Shown: positions 36,973-52,080 of the stretch, piece after piece
Layout: every line of letters starts with the position of its first letter
How positions within the stretch are numbered: the first letter of the stretch is position 1
Assembly (NCBI RefSeq): GCF_009914755.1
Contig: NC_060942.1
Source of the DNA: the human T2T-CHM13v2.0 reference genome, Homo sapiens
DNA: 64,000 nt
Direction: 5' to 3' (one strand)
Position numbers and translations under genes: made by a program
The notes under the pieces: model-generated
Databases searched by the model: none
The model's input: the letters and a program-made list of their open reading frames with translations, nothing else
What the model was told of the DNA's origin: nothing

Positions 36973-39622
36973 TCATTTTATTTTTTCAAATGGCTACTAA
37001 GTCATCAGGACATACATAAACTTACTGAACCTAACTACTCACTAAGTGGAAATGTTGGGTATTTCTTTTGGCCTAGGAGATTCATAGAAAAATGATGGAA
37101 ACACACCATGAACAAAGAAAGTTTGGAGCCCTCTAGCCTAGGTAGCCGTCAAGAAGTTCACTCTGAAGAGTGGCTGCATTTGAGCCCAAGTCTGTAGAGA
37201 GGAGAGGTCAAATGGAAAAGATAGTGCAGGCGCAGCTGGGCCATATCTTAGCTTTACCTGGGAAACACCAATCATGAAAACAATCACACAGTTACAGATA
37301 CAATGATTTAAACCAGTCTTTCATTTTTTGTTCCTTTTAAAATTCAAACATGTCAAATTCATTTCTTCTTTCTAAAACTAATAAGGAACACCATGCCCTA
37401 AGTGTATGTTTTTATGACCCAAACACCTTTCCTGAAAAGGAAAGAAGAAATGGTAAAATATCTTCAAATGTATATAGTAGTTTGGGTCTATGTTTCCAGT
37501 CTTGGTACTGTTTGTCAGGTCTGGGAGAAGAGTACACAGAAGCTTTCACCCTATATATCTAAATATTTAAAAGATATAAATCAAGCTATACAACTATTAA
37601 AATTTGTTCTATCCTCTTACTATGAAAAATAATGCCTTCATAATGACCTGAATTCCAAGAATCCCTGGAGTCCCACTCAGGAATATGGCACAGTAAGGAG
37701 AGCCTGCAACAGACAGCCAGACGGCTCTTCCTGCCCTGGCAATAGCCAACACCTGCTGCATTGCACATGGTCTCCTACAGCACCAGGGGCCTCACAGCAG
37801 ATGTGGACACCCCACCTGGTTTCCACTCTCAGTCTCACCACTGCAAACAGCTACCCTTGGTAGCCATTCAAACCCGGGCATGAACACCCACAACATAGCC
37901 TACCCTTAAGAGAATGGTTCCCAGGGAGGTACTGCACAGGCCCTGTAAGTGATCTTGGGTTATCTTGGCAGGGGACACCATGGTGTGGTCTAGAAGGGAG
38001 GGAGCAAAGACTATTGGGGAAAACAACCCATGGCCCTACAGACTTCTCATCCCGTAGGAAGAGTTGTAGCCAGTAAAGAGCCACAGTGGGGTCTCCTAAA
38101 GCCAGAGTGCAAGGCAGGAACCCCTTTTGCCAGGGCCTAAGGATGATGCTAAAATTTGCATATTTCATGGCACTTTTTAGGATGTTTAAAAATTGTATTC
38201 CCAGATACAAGCCTCTTCCTTCCTAATCACTTCCTGTCAGAAGAGTGAGTGCTCTTGCTTGCATGCATTTTCATTTTTAACAGGCAGAAAATACAAAATA
38301 AATTTGGCAACAGGCAGAACTTGCCATTCTGTTCCTGTGATATTTCTGGCATCCCTGTGGTGAAAGATGTGTACCAAATCAGCACTTTAGTCAACGTGCC
38401 TCATTCACAGGGCAGCTCACCTGTCTACCCACAGGAATACTCTGTGCCTCCAACAGAGTCAAGGAGATGGGCAAAGAAGGAAATTTCAGGAACTTCTTAG
38501 ACCCCAGGAGGACAATTTGAGCAAAGGTATTTCTATCCAGTACTAAAAATTCCAGTGGTACTGATTGTGGATTGGAACAATATCCTCCTTAATGTGTTCA
38601 TTAAGTCGCCCATTAATGAGTCACCCATTAAGACATTTGACAAATACGTAATGTGAGCCTGCCACATGGCTAGGCACTGTGAATTGTGAATATAAGATGA
38701 AATAAACAAAGCTTGGTGGTCTTTTCTTCCTGCCTGCTTATAGATAGGATAGTAATTCTGATCTCTCCAGTTTTGTAAAAATGAGATATTTTGCTTGTTA
38801 GTCTCAGTTTATGACTTCATGGTATTTCCTACTTTAAATTTTATTTTGAAATTTAAAATCATTTTAATTGCAAAGGTGATATATATTTAATATAGCATAT
38901 TGGGAAATTACATACATATAAGCTCCAAGAAGAAATTAAAACTCATAAAATTATGGCATGTCTCCCTTTTCTATATATTTCAACTTCTTCCTCATTTACT
39001 GTATTTACTCATCCTGCAAATGCTAATATTAAAAAGGAGGGCCCCCAGACATTGATCAACAAGTAGAATAACCTCCTCTTCCTGCTGTGACCCACTTCGT
39101 GAACTCTCAGTCCTTCTTCCATAATTGAGCTAATGATATTTTCTTAGGGCTTGACTCTATTGTGGCTTTTGTCACAAGGCAACTTTTTTTTTCATGAAAA
39201 ATGAAAAGATGCAGTTGAAATAGAGAGACAGAGAGAAAACAGGCAGATTAACTGAGAGCCCAGCAGTAAGAGAGGATCATTGCCTTAAAGCCCTACTTGC
39301 TAGACCTGAGCGTTTATCCCTGATTTCATTCGAAGTGGCCACTAAGGGAAACCAAAATCAAACTTAGAAATGTGTTGATAAGAAGCCTGACTCTAATGTT
39401 AGGATAACGATAATGGGGAAGACATGGAATGTTTTGAGAAAAAATATTAGTTAATATGGTAAAGCCATGAAGACAAGCTCTGAGTGCTCCCTGCGCCAGA
39501 CATCTCATGAGTCTTCATGTGTTTTGGGAAACACTCTCTCAAACAGTGTTTTTCCTCTGTTCTCACACCACAACAGTCAGCAACACAGACTTCTGTGACC
39601 AAAGATATGTTGGGGGTATCTC

Positions 39623-40168
39623 TGTCAGAGGCATTTGAACCAGAGCAACTCCATCTTGAATAGGGGCTGGGTAAAATAAGGCTGAGACCTGTTGGGCTGC
39701 ATTCTCAGGAGGTTATGGCATTCTAAGTCACAGGATGAGACAGGAGGTTGGCACAAGATACAGGTTAAAGACCTTGCTGACAAAACAGGTTGCAGTAAAG
39801 AAGTCAGCTAAAACCCAGCAAAATCAAGATGGTGACAAGAGTGACCTCTGGTTGCTCTCATTGCTACACTCCTGCCAGCGCCATGACAGTTTACAAATGC
39901 CATGGCAACGTCAGGAAGTTACCCTATGTGCTCCAAAAAGGGGAGGCATGAATAATCTTCTTGTTTAGCATATAATTAGAAATAACCATAAAAATGGGCA
40001 ACCAGCTGCCTTTGGGACTGCTCTGCCCATGATGTAGCCATTCTTTTATTTCTTTACTTTCTTAATAACTTGCTTTCACTTTACTCTATGACTTGCCCTG
40101 AATTCTTTCTTGTGCAAAATCCAAGAATCCTCTCTTGGGGTCTGAATCTGGACCCCTTTCCAGTAACA
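39623..40168 (+). mobile_element. MER41 (A-type) ERV1 solo LTR
   Basis: tgtcagaggcatttgaaccagagcaactccatcttgaat...cctttccagtaaca; 546 bp; perfect TSD tctc. Confidence 0.92.
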
Positions 40169-40720
40169 TCTCTACCACCAAGTGAGCAGCCAGTTCTGCA
40201 GCAGACACCAGCTGGTGACCTCCGATTCAATTCCAACACTGTCTACCTGGAAATAGCATCAGATCCCAAGGTTGAAGTCTCAGTCCGCAACACTTCCCAA
40301 GACCCAGACGCCATCTCAAGTCTGGGCCTCCAGAGCTTCTGACCAACTGACTTCAAGTTGGGGTACCCGTGATCCCCTCTTTGGATTTGATTAATTTGCT
40401 GGAGTGACTCACAGAACTCAGAGAAACACATGTACCAGTTTATTATAAAGGATATTACCAAGGATACAAATGAAGAGATGTGTAGGGCGAGGTACGGGGG
40501 AAGGGGCACGGAGCTTCCATGCTTTCCCTGGGCACCACCCTCCAGGAACCTACACGTGTTAAGCTGTCCTGAAGCTCCCCAACCCAGTCCTCTTGAGTTT
40601 TTAATGGAAGCTTCATGGCAGCAGCATTCCTTCTCCCAGGGTATAGGGTGGAACCCTCTCTGGGAGGGTTTTATGACCCACAGTCAGAAAGGTGAGGGAA
40701 GAGTAGAGTCCTGCCTTGGG

Positions 40721-40825
40721 GTATATGTGTGTGTGTCTGTGTGTGTGTGTGTATAATCATATATATGTATATATATAAAATCACATATATGTGTGTGTAT
40801 ATATAATCATATATATGTATATATG
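40721..40825. repeat. Compound (TG)n/(TA)n microsatellite
   Basis: Direct. Confidence 0.92.
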
Positions 40826-42718
40826 ATTCCTGGCTCATAACTCCCACATTCTGTGTTATGTGCATATATATAACACAATACAGCTAGAAGCTGGCATTAC
40901 CTATCCTGTTTTAAGATACATTTCTACTAATTACCATGATTATCACTGTGAAGTTATTGCATAATCGCATTCTTTCATAGTTTCTTTTAAGGTTTGGACA
41001 TACCCAAATGAACATTTTAGATTCTCTACCCACCTTTCATTTTATATTATAAAGAAACATCAAAAAATAAATTTCTTCCTACAACTGTGGTCACATCGTT
41101 TATTATTCTCCTGGCAAAGGAACAATCATTAAATACAGTCTACTATATTGTGAATTACCTATTTTTATTGATTACTTACTTTTTGTTGTTGTTGTGTCTT
41201 TTGTTTTGTTGGTACAGCTTTAGAAAAACACTTTGGAATGTAAAAAGAGGGACTACTGTATCAGTTGCCTCCTAACCTATTTTTTTTGTTTGTACAAAAG
41301 AGGGGTCTTTTGAATGGTGATTATGCAAGGTGAGTCAAACAGCAAGAACTGGTCTTTGTGCCTCCAGCGCCACAACACTGAATGGGTGACACAGATTCCA
41401 GGACTCATTGTTAGGTATAAACCTAAGGGAGTTCTGGGTATCAAGCTGGATGTTAATAGCTCACTAATTACAACAGTGTTAAGTTACGATGGTATATTTG
41501 CCTATAAGGGAAGCATGCAGGGGTATGTTAACTCAATTTTCTAATCTACCTGGCAGTTATGTTTCCCATTTTAAATTAATAGATTGGGATGTTTATTATT
41601 TCTATCCAGAATCTGCACATTTTGGTTTAGTAAGTCTGGGCAATTGTAAGCAGAAACAAGCCTGACTGTCTCTATTATCAGACACTATGCCATAATGACC
41701 AGGACTACCAAATGTGAGCTTGAACCCTGATGAAAAATGCTTTTCTGTCCCAACACCCCTCCCCTTCTCTCTAGCAAGAGATCCCTTAAAACCCTAACAG
41801 GAGATTTGCATGGTTATGCAGTGTGGGTGAGTCCCAGGCTACCTCCTGATGCTCAGCTGGCTCATGCACACAGCTTGCCCCTCCTATGGCCCTGTGATGA
41901 TCCCACATGGGTGCAGTGATTCTGTAGGGACATTCTTGAATATTCTGCAGGCCTGCTTCCATGAAGCCTTCATTTGAAGCTTCTTTATTACTATAAAGTT
42001 ATCAAAATATATTGTTCTTTTATTTTTGTATTATTATTTGGTAATTTTTTCCAAATTTCTCTTGAGAGTGGGATCTAGAATTTCAATCCTAATTTAGCAT
42101 CTAAGATAAGTATAACACAGTTATAAGTGACATAGCTGTTTTTTGAACAATTCCCATCCAAAAAAAGAGGGTGTTAACCTGTTCCAAGTATCATCAACAT
42201 TAATTACAATGATGTCAGAAAAGTTGGCAGAAGAATGCTTCTCCCATGCTAAATGTCAAGAAGATACATCACAGTATTAAAAAGCTAAAAGGCAGAGACC
42301 TGATTCGTACAGTAGTAAAAGTGAATGAACATTGGCAACATTTATTCACCATTTATTATGTGAAGTCCTGAAAATCCTGCCTTGAGTTTATAGACACAAA
42401 TCTTGCCAGAATTTTGGAAGTTTCAGATTCATCTTACTTACAGTGATCATCAGCTAATGCAAAATTATACAGAGAATACAATCTTATTTTTCTGCTTAAA
42501 CGTTGAAGTTGAGAGAGCAGTGGTGAAAATGTGAGATTTAAATCCACACTAGTGTCTGTGAGTCTTTAAACATATAGTGAAGTTATTTTAGATTTTACTC
42601 CAGAACTTGAATGTTCCTATCATTCAAAAGTGCACACAGATGCCACTTGAAGTTGAATTTGGATCTTAAAGCATGGAAACCTTGGGGCCCAGGAGACAGA
42701 GGGTAGAGATGTAGGGAA

Positions 42719-43092
42719 TGTTGTGGTGTCCCACTCAGATCCTTTCCAGGATAGGAGCCCCCAAATCTCTATAGTTGGCAGTGTGGACAGACACAGCCCT
42801 CAGCTGGGACCCTCTCTGGCACCTACCCTGGATTAGAGATGCCTCCTTTAAGGTCACAGCCCCTTGTGTAGAAAGCCACCATTCAAGGACTGGCCTATAC
42901 AGGGGTGTAAAGTTGCCCTCTTCTCACCTTATTTGGAGGACCACCCCAGCTGTAGGGCTCTGGAGAGGATCAACTGAGGCCTTTGGTGCAACTGGATCTC
43001 TGTCCAGCCCTGCTTCTTGAGCCGCCCTTTAGGTGATGATCACAAGGGCATTCCTAGTAAACCTCCTGCATCTTAGAGAAATGACCAGTGAC
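42719..43092 (+). mobile_element. ERVL LTR (LTR16-like)
   Basis: ccactcagatcc...aaggtcacagcccctt...ctgaggcctttg...gccctgcttc...taaacctcctgca. Confidence 0.7.
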
Positions 43093-43156
43093 AAGAGGTA
43101 AGGGCTCCATGCCAGAGAAAGAATGTGCCTTCTTGTCTCTTTTTATAATGTGATCC

Positions 43157-43553
43157 TGTCCTTGTTTGCTTGGGCTATTATGGCAAAATACCACAGACTC
43201 AGTGGCTTAAGCAACAAACGTTTATTCATCACACTTCTGGAGGTTGGAACTCTGAGAACAGGGTGTCAGCATGGTCTGGTTCTGGTGAGGGCTCTTTTCC
43301 TGGCTTGCAGACAGCCACCTCCTTGCTGTGTGCTCACATGGCCTTTCCCAAGTGCATGCTGGTGGAGAGAGAGACAGAGTGCACTGCCAGGAGTCTCTAC
43401 TCTAAAGGCACTAGTCCCATTATTAGGGCCCCTTTCTCATGACCTCATCTAAACCAAATTACCTCCCAAAGACCCCATCTCCAAATATAATTGCATTTGA
43501 GTTAGGATTTCAACTTATGAATATGGGGAGATACAATCATTCTATCCATAACA
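43157..43553 (-). mobile_element. MaLR LTR (MLT1A-like)
   Basis: aaataccacagactcagtggcttaa...ggatttcaacttatgaat...ccataaca; perfect 5-bp TSD gatcc. Confidence 0.9.
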
Positions 43554-43624
43554 GATCCTGACTTTCTATCCCTTCAGATGGAGTTAATCTTTCCTCACTG
43601 AAGTACAGATTGGGAAAAATTATA

Positions 43625-43640
43625 TGCAGTGGTTCAAAGC

Positions 43641-43683
<43 letters not shown>

Positions 43684-43850
43684 TGTGTGTATAATCCTGA
43701 GTCCACAGTGTTTGAATGTTGTAAACTTAGCAAGTTACTTAACTCTCTGGATCCAATTTCCTTACCAGTAAAATGAGGATGGTAATAATAGCATCTGCTA
43801 CTAAAGAGTGTTGTAACAATGTAAAGCAGTAGGCACAGAGCATAGTTTTG
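43625..43850 (+). mobile_element. MIR with embedded (TG)n at 43647-43690
   Basis: gcaagttacttaactctctg...gtaaaatgaggatggtaataatag. Confidence 0.75.
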
Positions 43851-45477
43851 TTTTTTTTTTTTAATCAGTATAATTATGACTGTTATATAGTCTTATGTTT
43901 GGACATTTAAAAGTTTTGGTATGTAATGAAATTTGTCTCCCATATCTCCCTTGTTCCAGTGTGAAGGTACTGAGGATGCAGGCTGAGTCTTAGGTGACTC
44001 TGCATCTCCACTCCCTAGTACCATGACTGATAGTGAGCACCCAATAACCATTTGTGGAATTAATTCAAAAAGGTCTGGGGAAACTTCAAATAATTAAAGG
44101 CTATGAATGAATTTTAGGATTTGTTGAATACCTAACTAAACAGGCAGTAAATCATAAAGGCCGTTGCTTAGAAATGACTGAAATACATATTTTTGCTTGT
44201 TTATTTCCATTCACAAACACTTATTTTATTCATAACACATTTACATCATCAGTCTCTATTTTGTTGGTATGCAAGATTAAAACCTTGATGCTCTAGCATG
44301 TTTGTTCCAACACAGGCAAAGTATGGCAAATGCTCTTTGGCTGTAATACAAATCATGAAAGCTAATTGGTTTTAATAATGTGTTCAGGTAGGTAAACCAC
44401 AAAGTTCCATGAGTGCTTATTACATCAGTCATAGCTTAAATGATAATACCGAGATTTTGAAATATGGTTTGTCATGAGTTCCCTTCCCACATCCACCTCC
44501 ACTCTCTACTGTATGTTCTACCCTCTGGTCTGAAACTTTCTGAATTTTAATCTCACTCTGAGGCATTTCCATGACTCGTGTTTTATCATCATCCAAAGTC
44601 TTATAAGTCTACTTTACTCAAGTCTGGCCTATATGTGCTCTAGGCTGTATTAACTACAATTAGATTCCAGAGAAGTTTATATAAATAAGTAGGAAGCAAA
44701 ATCAACTTAGGCATTTTTAATCTCACTTTTGTTTATTTGTCACATGTAAAAAAGACAAAAATTAGGCAAAACTCTTTCATTCACTGTTAACATTTTGCAT
44801 CCTTCCAGATCAGATAAAGTTCTCTCTTTTTTTTTTGGAAGCAGCAGCAGCAATCCTTGCTTATGTAAACAAACCACAATATTTCATTGACTGTTGTTGG
44901 AGTTATTCAGATAATCAAAGGAAATGCTGAGCTGCCAGGCTTCAGGGAAGCACTGGTTCAACACTGCCTAAGTCTGATAACCAGAAAATATGGACTCTCC
45001 AGGGGCCAGCTGTCTTTAATGTGGCTCAATTCCAACAATGTCAAGGCTTTGGGGAATGGCTTTTTGTTTCAGTTTCTGGGAGAGAGAGTTTGGCCACTGT
45101 GGGCTGCATGATCTTCCCTGGATAAATCAGCGCAAGCTGGGAAGGTGGGTGATGGTCCTAGAGAGGAAAGGCTTATCTGTACTCACTCCTAGACCCAATG
45201 GGTCAAGAACCCCACCTAGGGGCTCTGATTGAAATCCTTGCTTACAGCTGTGAGGCAAAGTGAAGGATGGAATGTTCTCTCCACAAGGCACAGGGGCTGT
45301 TTCCCAAATAAAGGAGGAATGCAGGGAATACAAAGAAGAAATACCCACTATACTCACTGTATCATATGCAAATCTAAAGATGCATTTATATTTTTAGAAT
45401 GAAAATAGCTGCACACAGTTAGATAATATGGCTTTTTTCACTGAAAATTATGATGTGGGCATATTTTCACTTATAAC

Positions 45478-45685
45478 CAAGTGGTTAAAATGTGGACTTT
45501 GGAGCCAGATTCCCTGGATTAAAATCTAGGCTCTGCCCCTTAATATCTTGGGTAAGATACTTAACCTCTCTATGTCTCAGTTTTCTTATCAGCAAAATAG
45601 GGATAATATCCCTCTCATGGAAATATTATGAAGATTAAAAAATGATATGCATAAAGGGCTTGGGTTAATGTTTGGCAAGTGATAA
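45478..45685 (+). mobile_element. MIR SINE
   Basis: gtggttaa...ttggagccaga...acttaacctctctatgtctcagttttcttatc. Confidence 0.85.
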
Positions 45686-46365
45686 TGAAATTGTCTTTGC
45701 GATTTCTCACTGACATAATTATCAGTGAGAAAATTATGGCAGTTGGGGAGAGCTGATGTAGCCTATCCCCCTCTTGCCTTCAAGTGGGCAAGCTAACTTT
45801 GGAAGACATTCAACTTAGTTTAAGTGATAATAGCCCTTCCCCAGAACTCAACTACCTTAGTAAACCTAATGAGAGACCACCAGCCTAGGGGGAGGTGAGG
45901 AGCCTAAATTCCACTAAGGTGTAGACTAGGCACAAAATATGCAACTTCCTCAATTACTTCTGCAGATAACAACACTACTGTAGATTGGCCTTTTGATGTA
46001 TCCTTTCAGGTTTTTTGCATGTCTAACACCCATGGCTCCATCTGGACCCACACAGAAGCAACTCAGCACAAGAGCTCAGCTTCAACTCCCTAGGATTTCA
46101 TCTCCAACCCAACCAATCAGCAGCAAGCACCCATTGCATAGCCATTTTCCCTGAATTACCTTTGCATTTTCCCTGAATTACCATTGCACAGCCCTTTCCC
46201 CTGAATTACCTTTGAAAAACCCCTTAGTAGGAGCCTTCAGTGAGGTCTATTTGAGCAATAACTCTGTCTCCTGCATGGTGTGGCCCACCTGTGTCGATTA
46301 AATTCTGTCTCTACTGCAATGCACTAGTTTTTGTGCGTAGGCAGGAAGAACTCATCAGGGTTACA
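45686..46365 (+). mobile_element. ERV1 solo LTR (MER50/LTR26 group)
   Basis: tgaaattgtctttgc...cagtgagaaaattatggcag...gcaggaagaactcatcagggttaca; perfect TSD ataa; internal triplication of ttccctgaattacc at 46145-46212. Confidence 0.85.
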
Positions 46366-46414
46366 ATAATTCCTTAAAAAGTTATCTTCTATTAGTGAAC
46401 ATTCTTGTCCATAC

Positions 46415-47492
<1,078 letters not shown>

Positions 47493-47989
47493 ATATGTAC
47501 ATCCTTAGAATTTTTTTCTGATAAGTTTATTTTTAAAGTGATATTACACTTATTTTCTGTATTCTTTTCCAGAATGAAATAGTAGCTGAAAGTAAATTGT
47601 CATATTCCCCTTCAGGAACACTGTGCCAATTTCTATTCCCAATCAGCATATTAATTTCATGCATGTTAATCTTACCATATATATCACCAATCTAACCATA
47701 TGTATTACCAATATTCTAAACCTTTGGCAGCCTTCTAGGAAACATATATCTCATTGTTTTTGCTATAGCACTTCTGACAAGTCATCTAGCTCCCGCTGAC
47801 TGCTTCCAGCCACAGAGAGCTCTTTCCACCCATTAAGGGACAACCCCTACAGTTAGAAAGTCAGTCCACCCTTATGCTGAGCCAAAATCTGCCTGTTGAA
47901 CTTCCCTGTGCATTCCTGTTCCAAGTTAATTTGTCTTTTTGCCACTCTTTCAGTCAGAGTTGATGCAGAGATTCAGGTATTTCCTACTA

Positions 47990-48390
47990 CGAATTGGTGT
48001 TATGGGGTTAAAGAGAGCTGGGGGAACAAGAAAGAGTAGGGGGTCTCAAGAACTCAGCTCCATGTTGCTGATGCTCAGACTGTAATGAGAGGTCATTGCC
48101 AGGTTGTATTAGTGCTTTACAGGGGGAGAAATAAGGCTGATTCTGGGAGTGCTGAAGCCAAGTGGCTGCCAAGGCAATGGTCATTGCTGGAGTGACACTG
48201 ATGGGAACAGGAAAATATGAGAAGGAAGTTAATTCTCCACTCTTCCTACCTTCCAATCTCCTCCAATAGCATCTTCTATTGGCAGAACTTAACCCAAAGT
48301 CAGCTAGCAAGGGTGTCTGGGAAGTAGTTTGTAGAGGCCCAGCCACAGTGTCAAATGTTACAGAAAAGAGTGAGCTAGGAAACAAAACAA
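47990..48390 (-). mobile_element. Old ERVL LTR (LTR33/LTR41-like)
   Basis: ccttccaatctcctccaatagcatcttctattggcagaacttaaccc...gctagcaaggg; similar to 56700-56880. Confidence 0.55.
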
Positions 48391-49880
48391 CCTCACCCAC
48401 TCATTCCTCCTTCCTCATTTAAAATTATTCCAGAATTAATAGCAATAATTTATCCCTGCTATTTTTATTATTATTATAGCCGTAACAGATTATGAACCTT
48501 AGGACACAAAACCAAGCAAATTGGAAATGAATTTAACCTCAGTTTTCCAGTTGTATGGCTCAGTGTCAATTTTGGACATACATTATATCCCACATAGGAG
48601 GTATTAAGGTGCAGGAAACTCTGGTGTTGCAGGAAAGCATTTTACTGTGTATTCTTGTTGCAATACCACCTGCTTCCTTCTGCAACTCAGCTAGCTGAGT
48701 TGATAACTGACTGACTCAGATGCATTGAAATAGTTTAGAAGTAATCACAGACTCTTAAATCCTAAAGAACAAGCTTCTCTCTCTTAACATCTGCTAGCTC
48801 TACTGCTTTACTTTTTTGCATGGTTTCTTTCTTTTAAAACAAAAGACAAAAGGAATTGCTACAACAAGTACAATCGGGAATACATGATGTAATTGCATCA
48901 GCATGGTGGTGTGGCTGTTTCTGTGAACATATTAGAATAAAAGAAGGACATGGAAAGCTCAGCTTCTAGGGGGCTGATTTTGGAAATGATTCAACATTTG
49001 ATCTAGAGCCAGTCACCTTCAATCATCTTTCATTCAAGATCTTAGTTTTCCCATCACTTGAGCAATTCTTTCTACATAAGTCCTTTGAGATCCTGGGAGA
49101 AAGTAGAGTGAGTCCAAAGGGTTTTTAATGAATGTGTGTTTAAAATATTGCAGCTGACAAGTGTGGTGATAAAGGTTGCTTTAGGCACCCCGGTGCCTGT
49201 CGATTTCTTCTCCATTTTGGTGCATACTCAAAAGAACCTAATGCCAAGTGATGGAAACCATTCTTCCTGCATTACTACCATCTGTTACCTTGGCATGCAC
49301 TACAGACAGCTGAGTTGCCAGCTTTCAAGCTGTTTATTGGTGTGTCACATGGAGGAGCTATTGATGAACTAACTGGATCTCTTGAAAACTGGACATTTTT
49401 GTTTCTCTTTGAAATGTTTGTTCAATACCACACAATTTTTTTTACAGGATGTTCAATAGGCATTTATTCAATGATTTTGCTGGACTCTGACAACGGGGCA
49501 GTTTTATAATCATGAATGGGTATTTGAAAAACTTCACACCTGTGTCAACTCTCAAGCAAGCTGTAGATGGTACTAGAAAAGGATCACAAAAAGGGAAATG
49601 AAATGGTCAAGTGGAAAGAAGGATTACCCCGTGAGTAAAGACTGAGAAGGTCTATCCTCAAGTGTGCAGTCATGGAAGTAGAGAGATGTAATTAAAATTT
49701 ATATTGTCATGAAGTTTGTGACAGAAGGAGGATGCTGGGAAAGTTGGAAAGAAGTAAATTTAAAATACATAAAATGGAGTCTGTCTTTGCATGCTGGGAA
49801 TTAAGCTGAAGATTTCTGTTATCTAAAATATCCAAAAATGGCAGAAGCTGAATTCCAAATGATGCATTAATAACATATGT

Positions 49881-50259
<379 letters not shown>

Positions 50260-50399
50260 CTATTTGGGCAAATCTCTAATCTCAAAGGTAAATACCAAAT
50301 AGATCAAAAGATCATTTACAAAGTGTCCTTTAAGTTCACTATAACAGCACAATATTAGGCCAGATGCAGCACAGGTGCAAATGATTAGTATTTCTTATT

Positions 50400-50930
50400 T
50401 TACCCAATGCTTGGCTGAGCTAAGCCCTATTGCCAAATACTGTTGAAAATACAGAGATTCAGCAAATAAGTAAGTTTCTAGTCCTCAGGGAGTTTATAAT
50501 CAACTGGAGATGAACAGATATAAAGGTATACATGTGCATTATATATAAACACACATATCAGGTATATTTACAATTAAATACTCTAATAAAGGATGAAAGC
50601 TACAAAAAAAAAAAAAAGATTACAAAGTCAAATGAGCATTCAGAGAAGGTGGCTATTGTACTTAGTTAAATGGAATAGGAAATACTTCTTGGAAGAGGTA
50701 TTGTTTGACCTAGATCCTAATGAATTAGTTGAACTCAATCACCAGACTCAGATAAAGGAATATACCATTTCAAAAGAAACAAGAGTGAAGCATAAGGAAA
50801 CCTGGAATCATGTCTGAGAATAATGAAATATCCTAACTGCCTAGAATTTGAAGTGCTTTGCGGATGAATAGTGGTGTATGATACTAAAATGACCTTTTGA
50901 TGTCAGTTCATGAAAGATTTTTGAATAATA
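50400..50930 (-). mobile_element. L2 fragment
   Basis: gtcctcagggagtttataatc...ggaaatacttcttggaagaggt; continues after 51578 as ctaaggagttt. Confidence 0.6.
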
Positions 50931-50931
50931 T

Positions 50932-51578
50932 TGTTGAGGCCCACAAATTGATACCCCCAAATACGGCACTTTGACATACTGAACTATAGAGGCAAGCTCA
51001 AAGTCTCTCTGAGCTTCCCCCACCTCCTGCCTTTCAACCCTTTATCTCTCCTAAAGCACAGGATGAGGCTGTTCCCTGAAGTTCTCTTATCTACCTAGAA
51101 ACTGGACTTGCCAAAGAGGAACAGTATTGCCTTTAATTCTTCCCCTGAAATTTCATTAACCAGAGAAGATTAAATCTAATATCACAGAGGAAGAGATGAA
51201 AAATTAAGTCCTATACCTAAAGCTCAGGCACACTTTGTCCCAAACTATTGTTTGTTCTCTGGCCTGTTTACTTTACAAGGAGAATCATTTACATCTAATT
51301 TCTGTCTCCTGGGTCATTCAATTTCCCTAAAAATTCTTTATTACCCCTCAAAATTGCCACATTTTCCTCATCTCCCCTTTGCCTATGAAGAAGGATATAT
51401 AAGCATGTGGACCTCATTGTGTGATTGGGCTATCATTTTCCTGTGACCCCGCCCCACCATGCTTATGGACGTTAAATGAATTTGTATGCTTTTTTCTCCT
51501 ATTAGTCTGCCTATTGCGAGTTTATTTCCAGTGAGCCTTCAGTGGGTAGAGGGGAAGATTTCCCTCTTTGCCTCTACA
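50932..51578 (+). mobile_element. ERV1 solo LTR (MER39/MER34 group)
   Basis: tgttg...gataccccca aatacggcactttgacat...aatttgtatgcttttttctcctatta...ttgcctctaca. Confidence 0.8.
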
Positions 51579-51737
51579 TCCTAAGGAGTTTAAACTTTAA
51601 AGGTTTGGGGAAAAGAATAATGAGATCAGATTTATACAATCAATTGAAAGAGACACTAGAGATAGGAAGACAAGTCCAGGGCAGTGACGGTAGTCTCTGA
51701 TTTTAAAATGTTATTGATAGAAAAGACTCAATAAATC

Positions 51738-52080
51738 TGTGTTAGTCTATTTTCATACGGCTATAAAGAACTACCTGAGACTGAGTGATTTATGAAAGAA
51801 TGAGGTTTAATTGACTCAGTTCTACATGGCTGAGGAGGCCTCAGGAAACTTACAATCAGGGCGGAAGACAAAGGGGAAGCAGGTATTTTCTTCTCAAGGC
51901 AGCAGAAGAGAGAGAATGAAAGGGTAAGTACCACTTTTAAACCACCAGATCTTGTGAAAACTCACTCACTATCATGAAACAGCATGGGGAAAACTGCCCC
52001 CGTGATCCAAGGTCCCTCCCTTGACACATGGGGATTGCAATTGAGATGAGATTTGGGCGGGGACACAGTCAACCATATCG
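51738..52080 (-). mobile_element. MaLR LTR (THE1D-like)
   Basis: ctataaagaactacctgagactg...aggcctcaggaaacttacaatc...gatgagatttggg; perfect TSD aaatc. Confidence 0.92.

Larger units (their letters stand above)
35935..37135 (+). mobile_element. MER119-like hAT-Charlie element carrying two AluY insertions
   Basis: ggttctcaaaccgtgcaccaagg...gagggaaacac...aactactagttcaag...ccaatctgattccaatgtttgagaag...aaagtttggagccctct. Confidence 0.8.
39520..40877 (-). mobile_element. MER21-type LTR, split by MER41 and a microsatellite
   Basis: gacttctgtgaccaaa|cagcagacaccagctgg...ttaatttgctggagtgactcacagaactcagagaaac...ccctccaggaacct. Confidence 0.85.

Noticed and set aside
38130-38165. U6 snRNA-like stretch aaggatgatgctaaaatttg
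   Set aside because: Too short and mismatched, with no other U6 sequence or tail.
39623-40168. MER41 as an interferon-gamma/STAT1 enhancer
   Set aside because: This copy looks A-type, and I see no tandem TTCNNNGAA GAS motifs of the kind described for MER41B.
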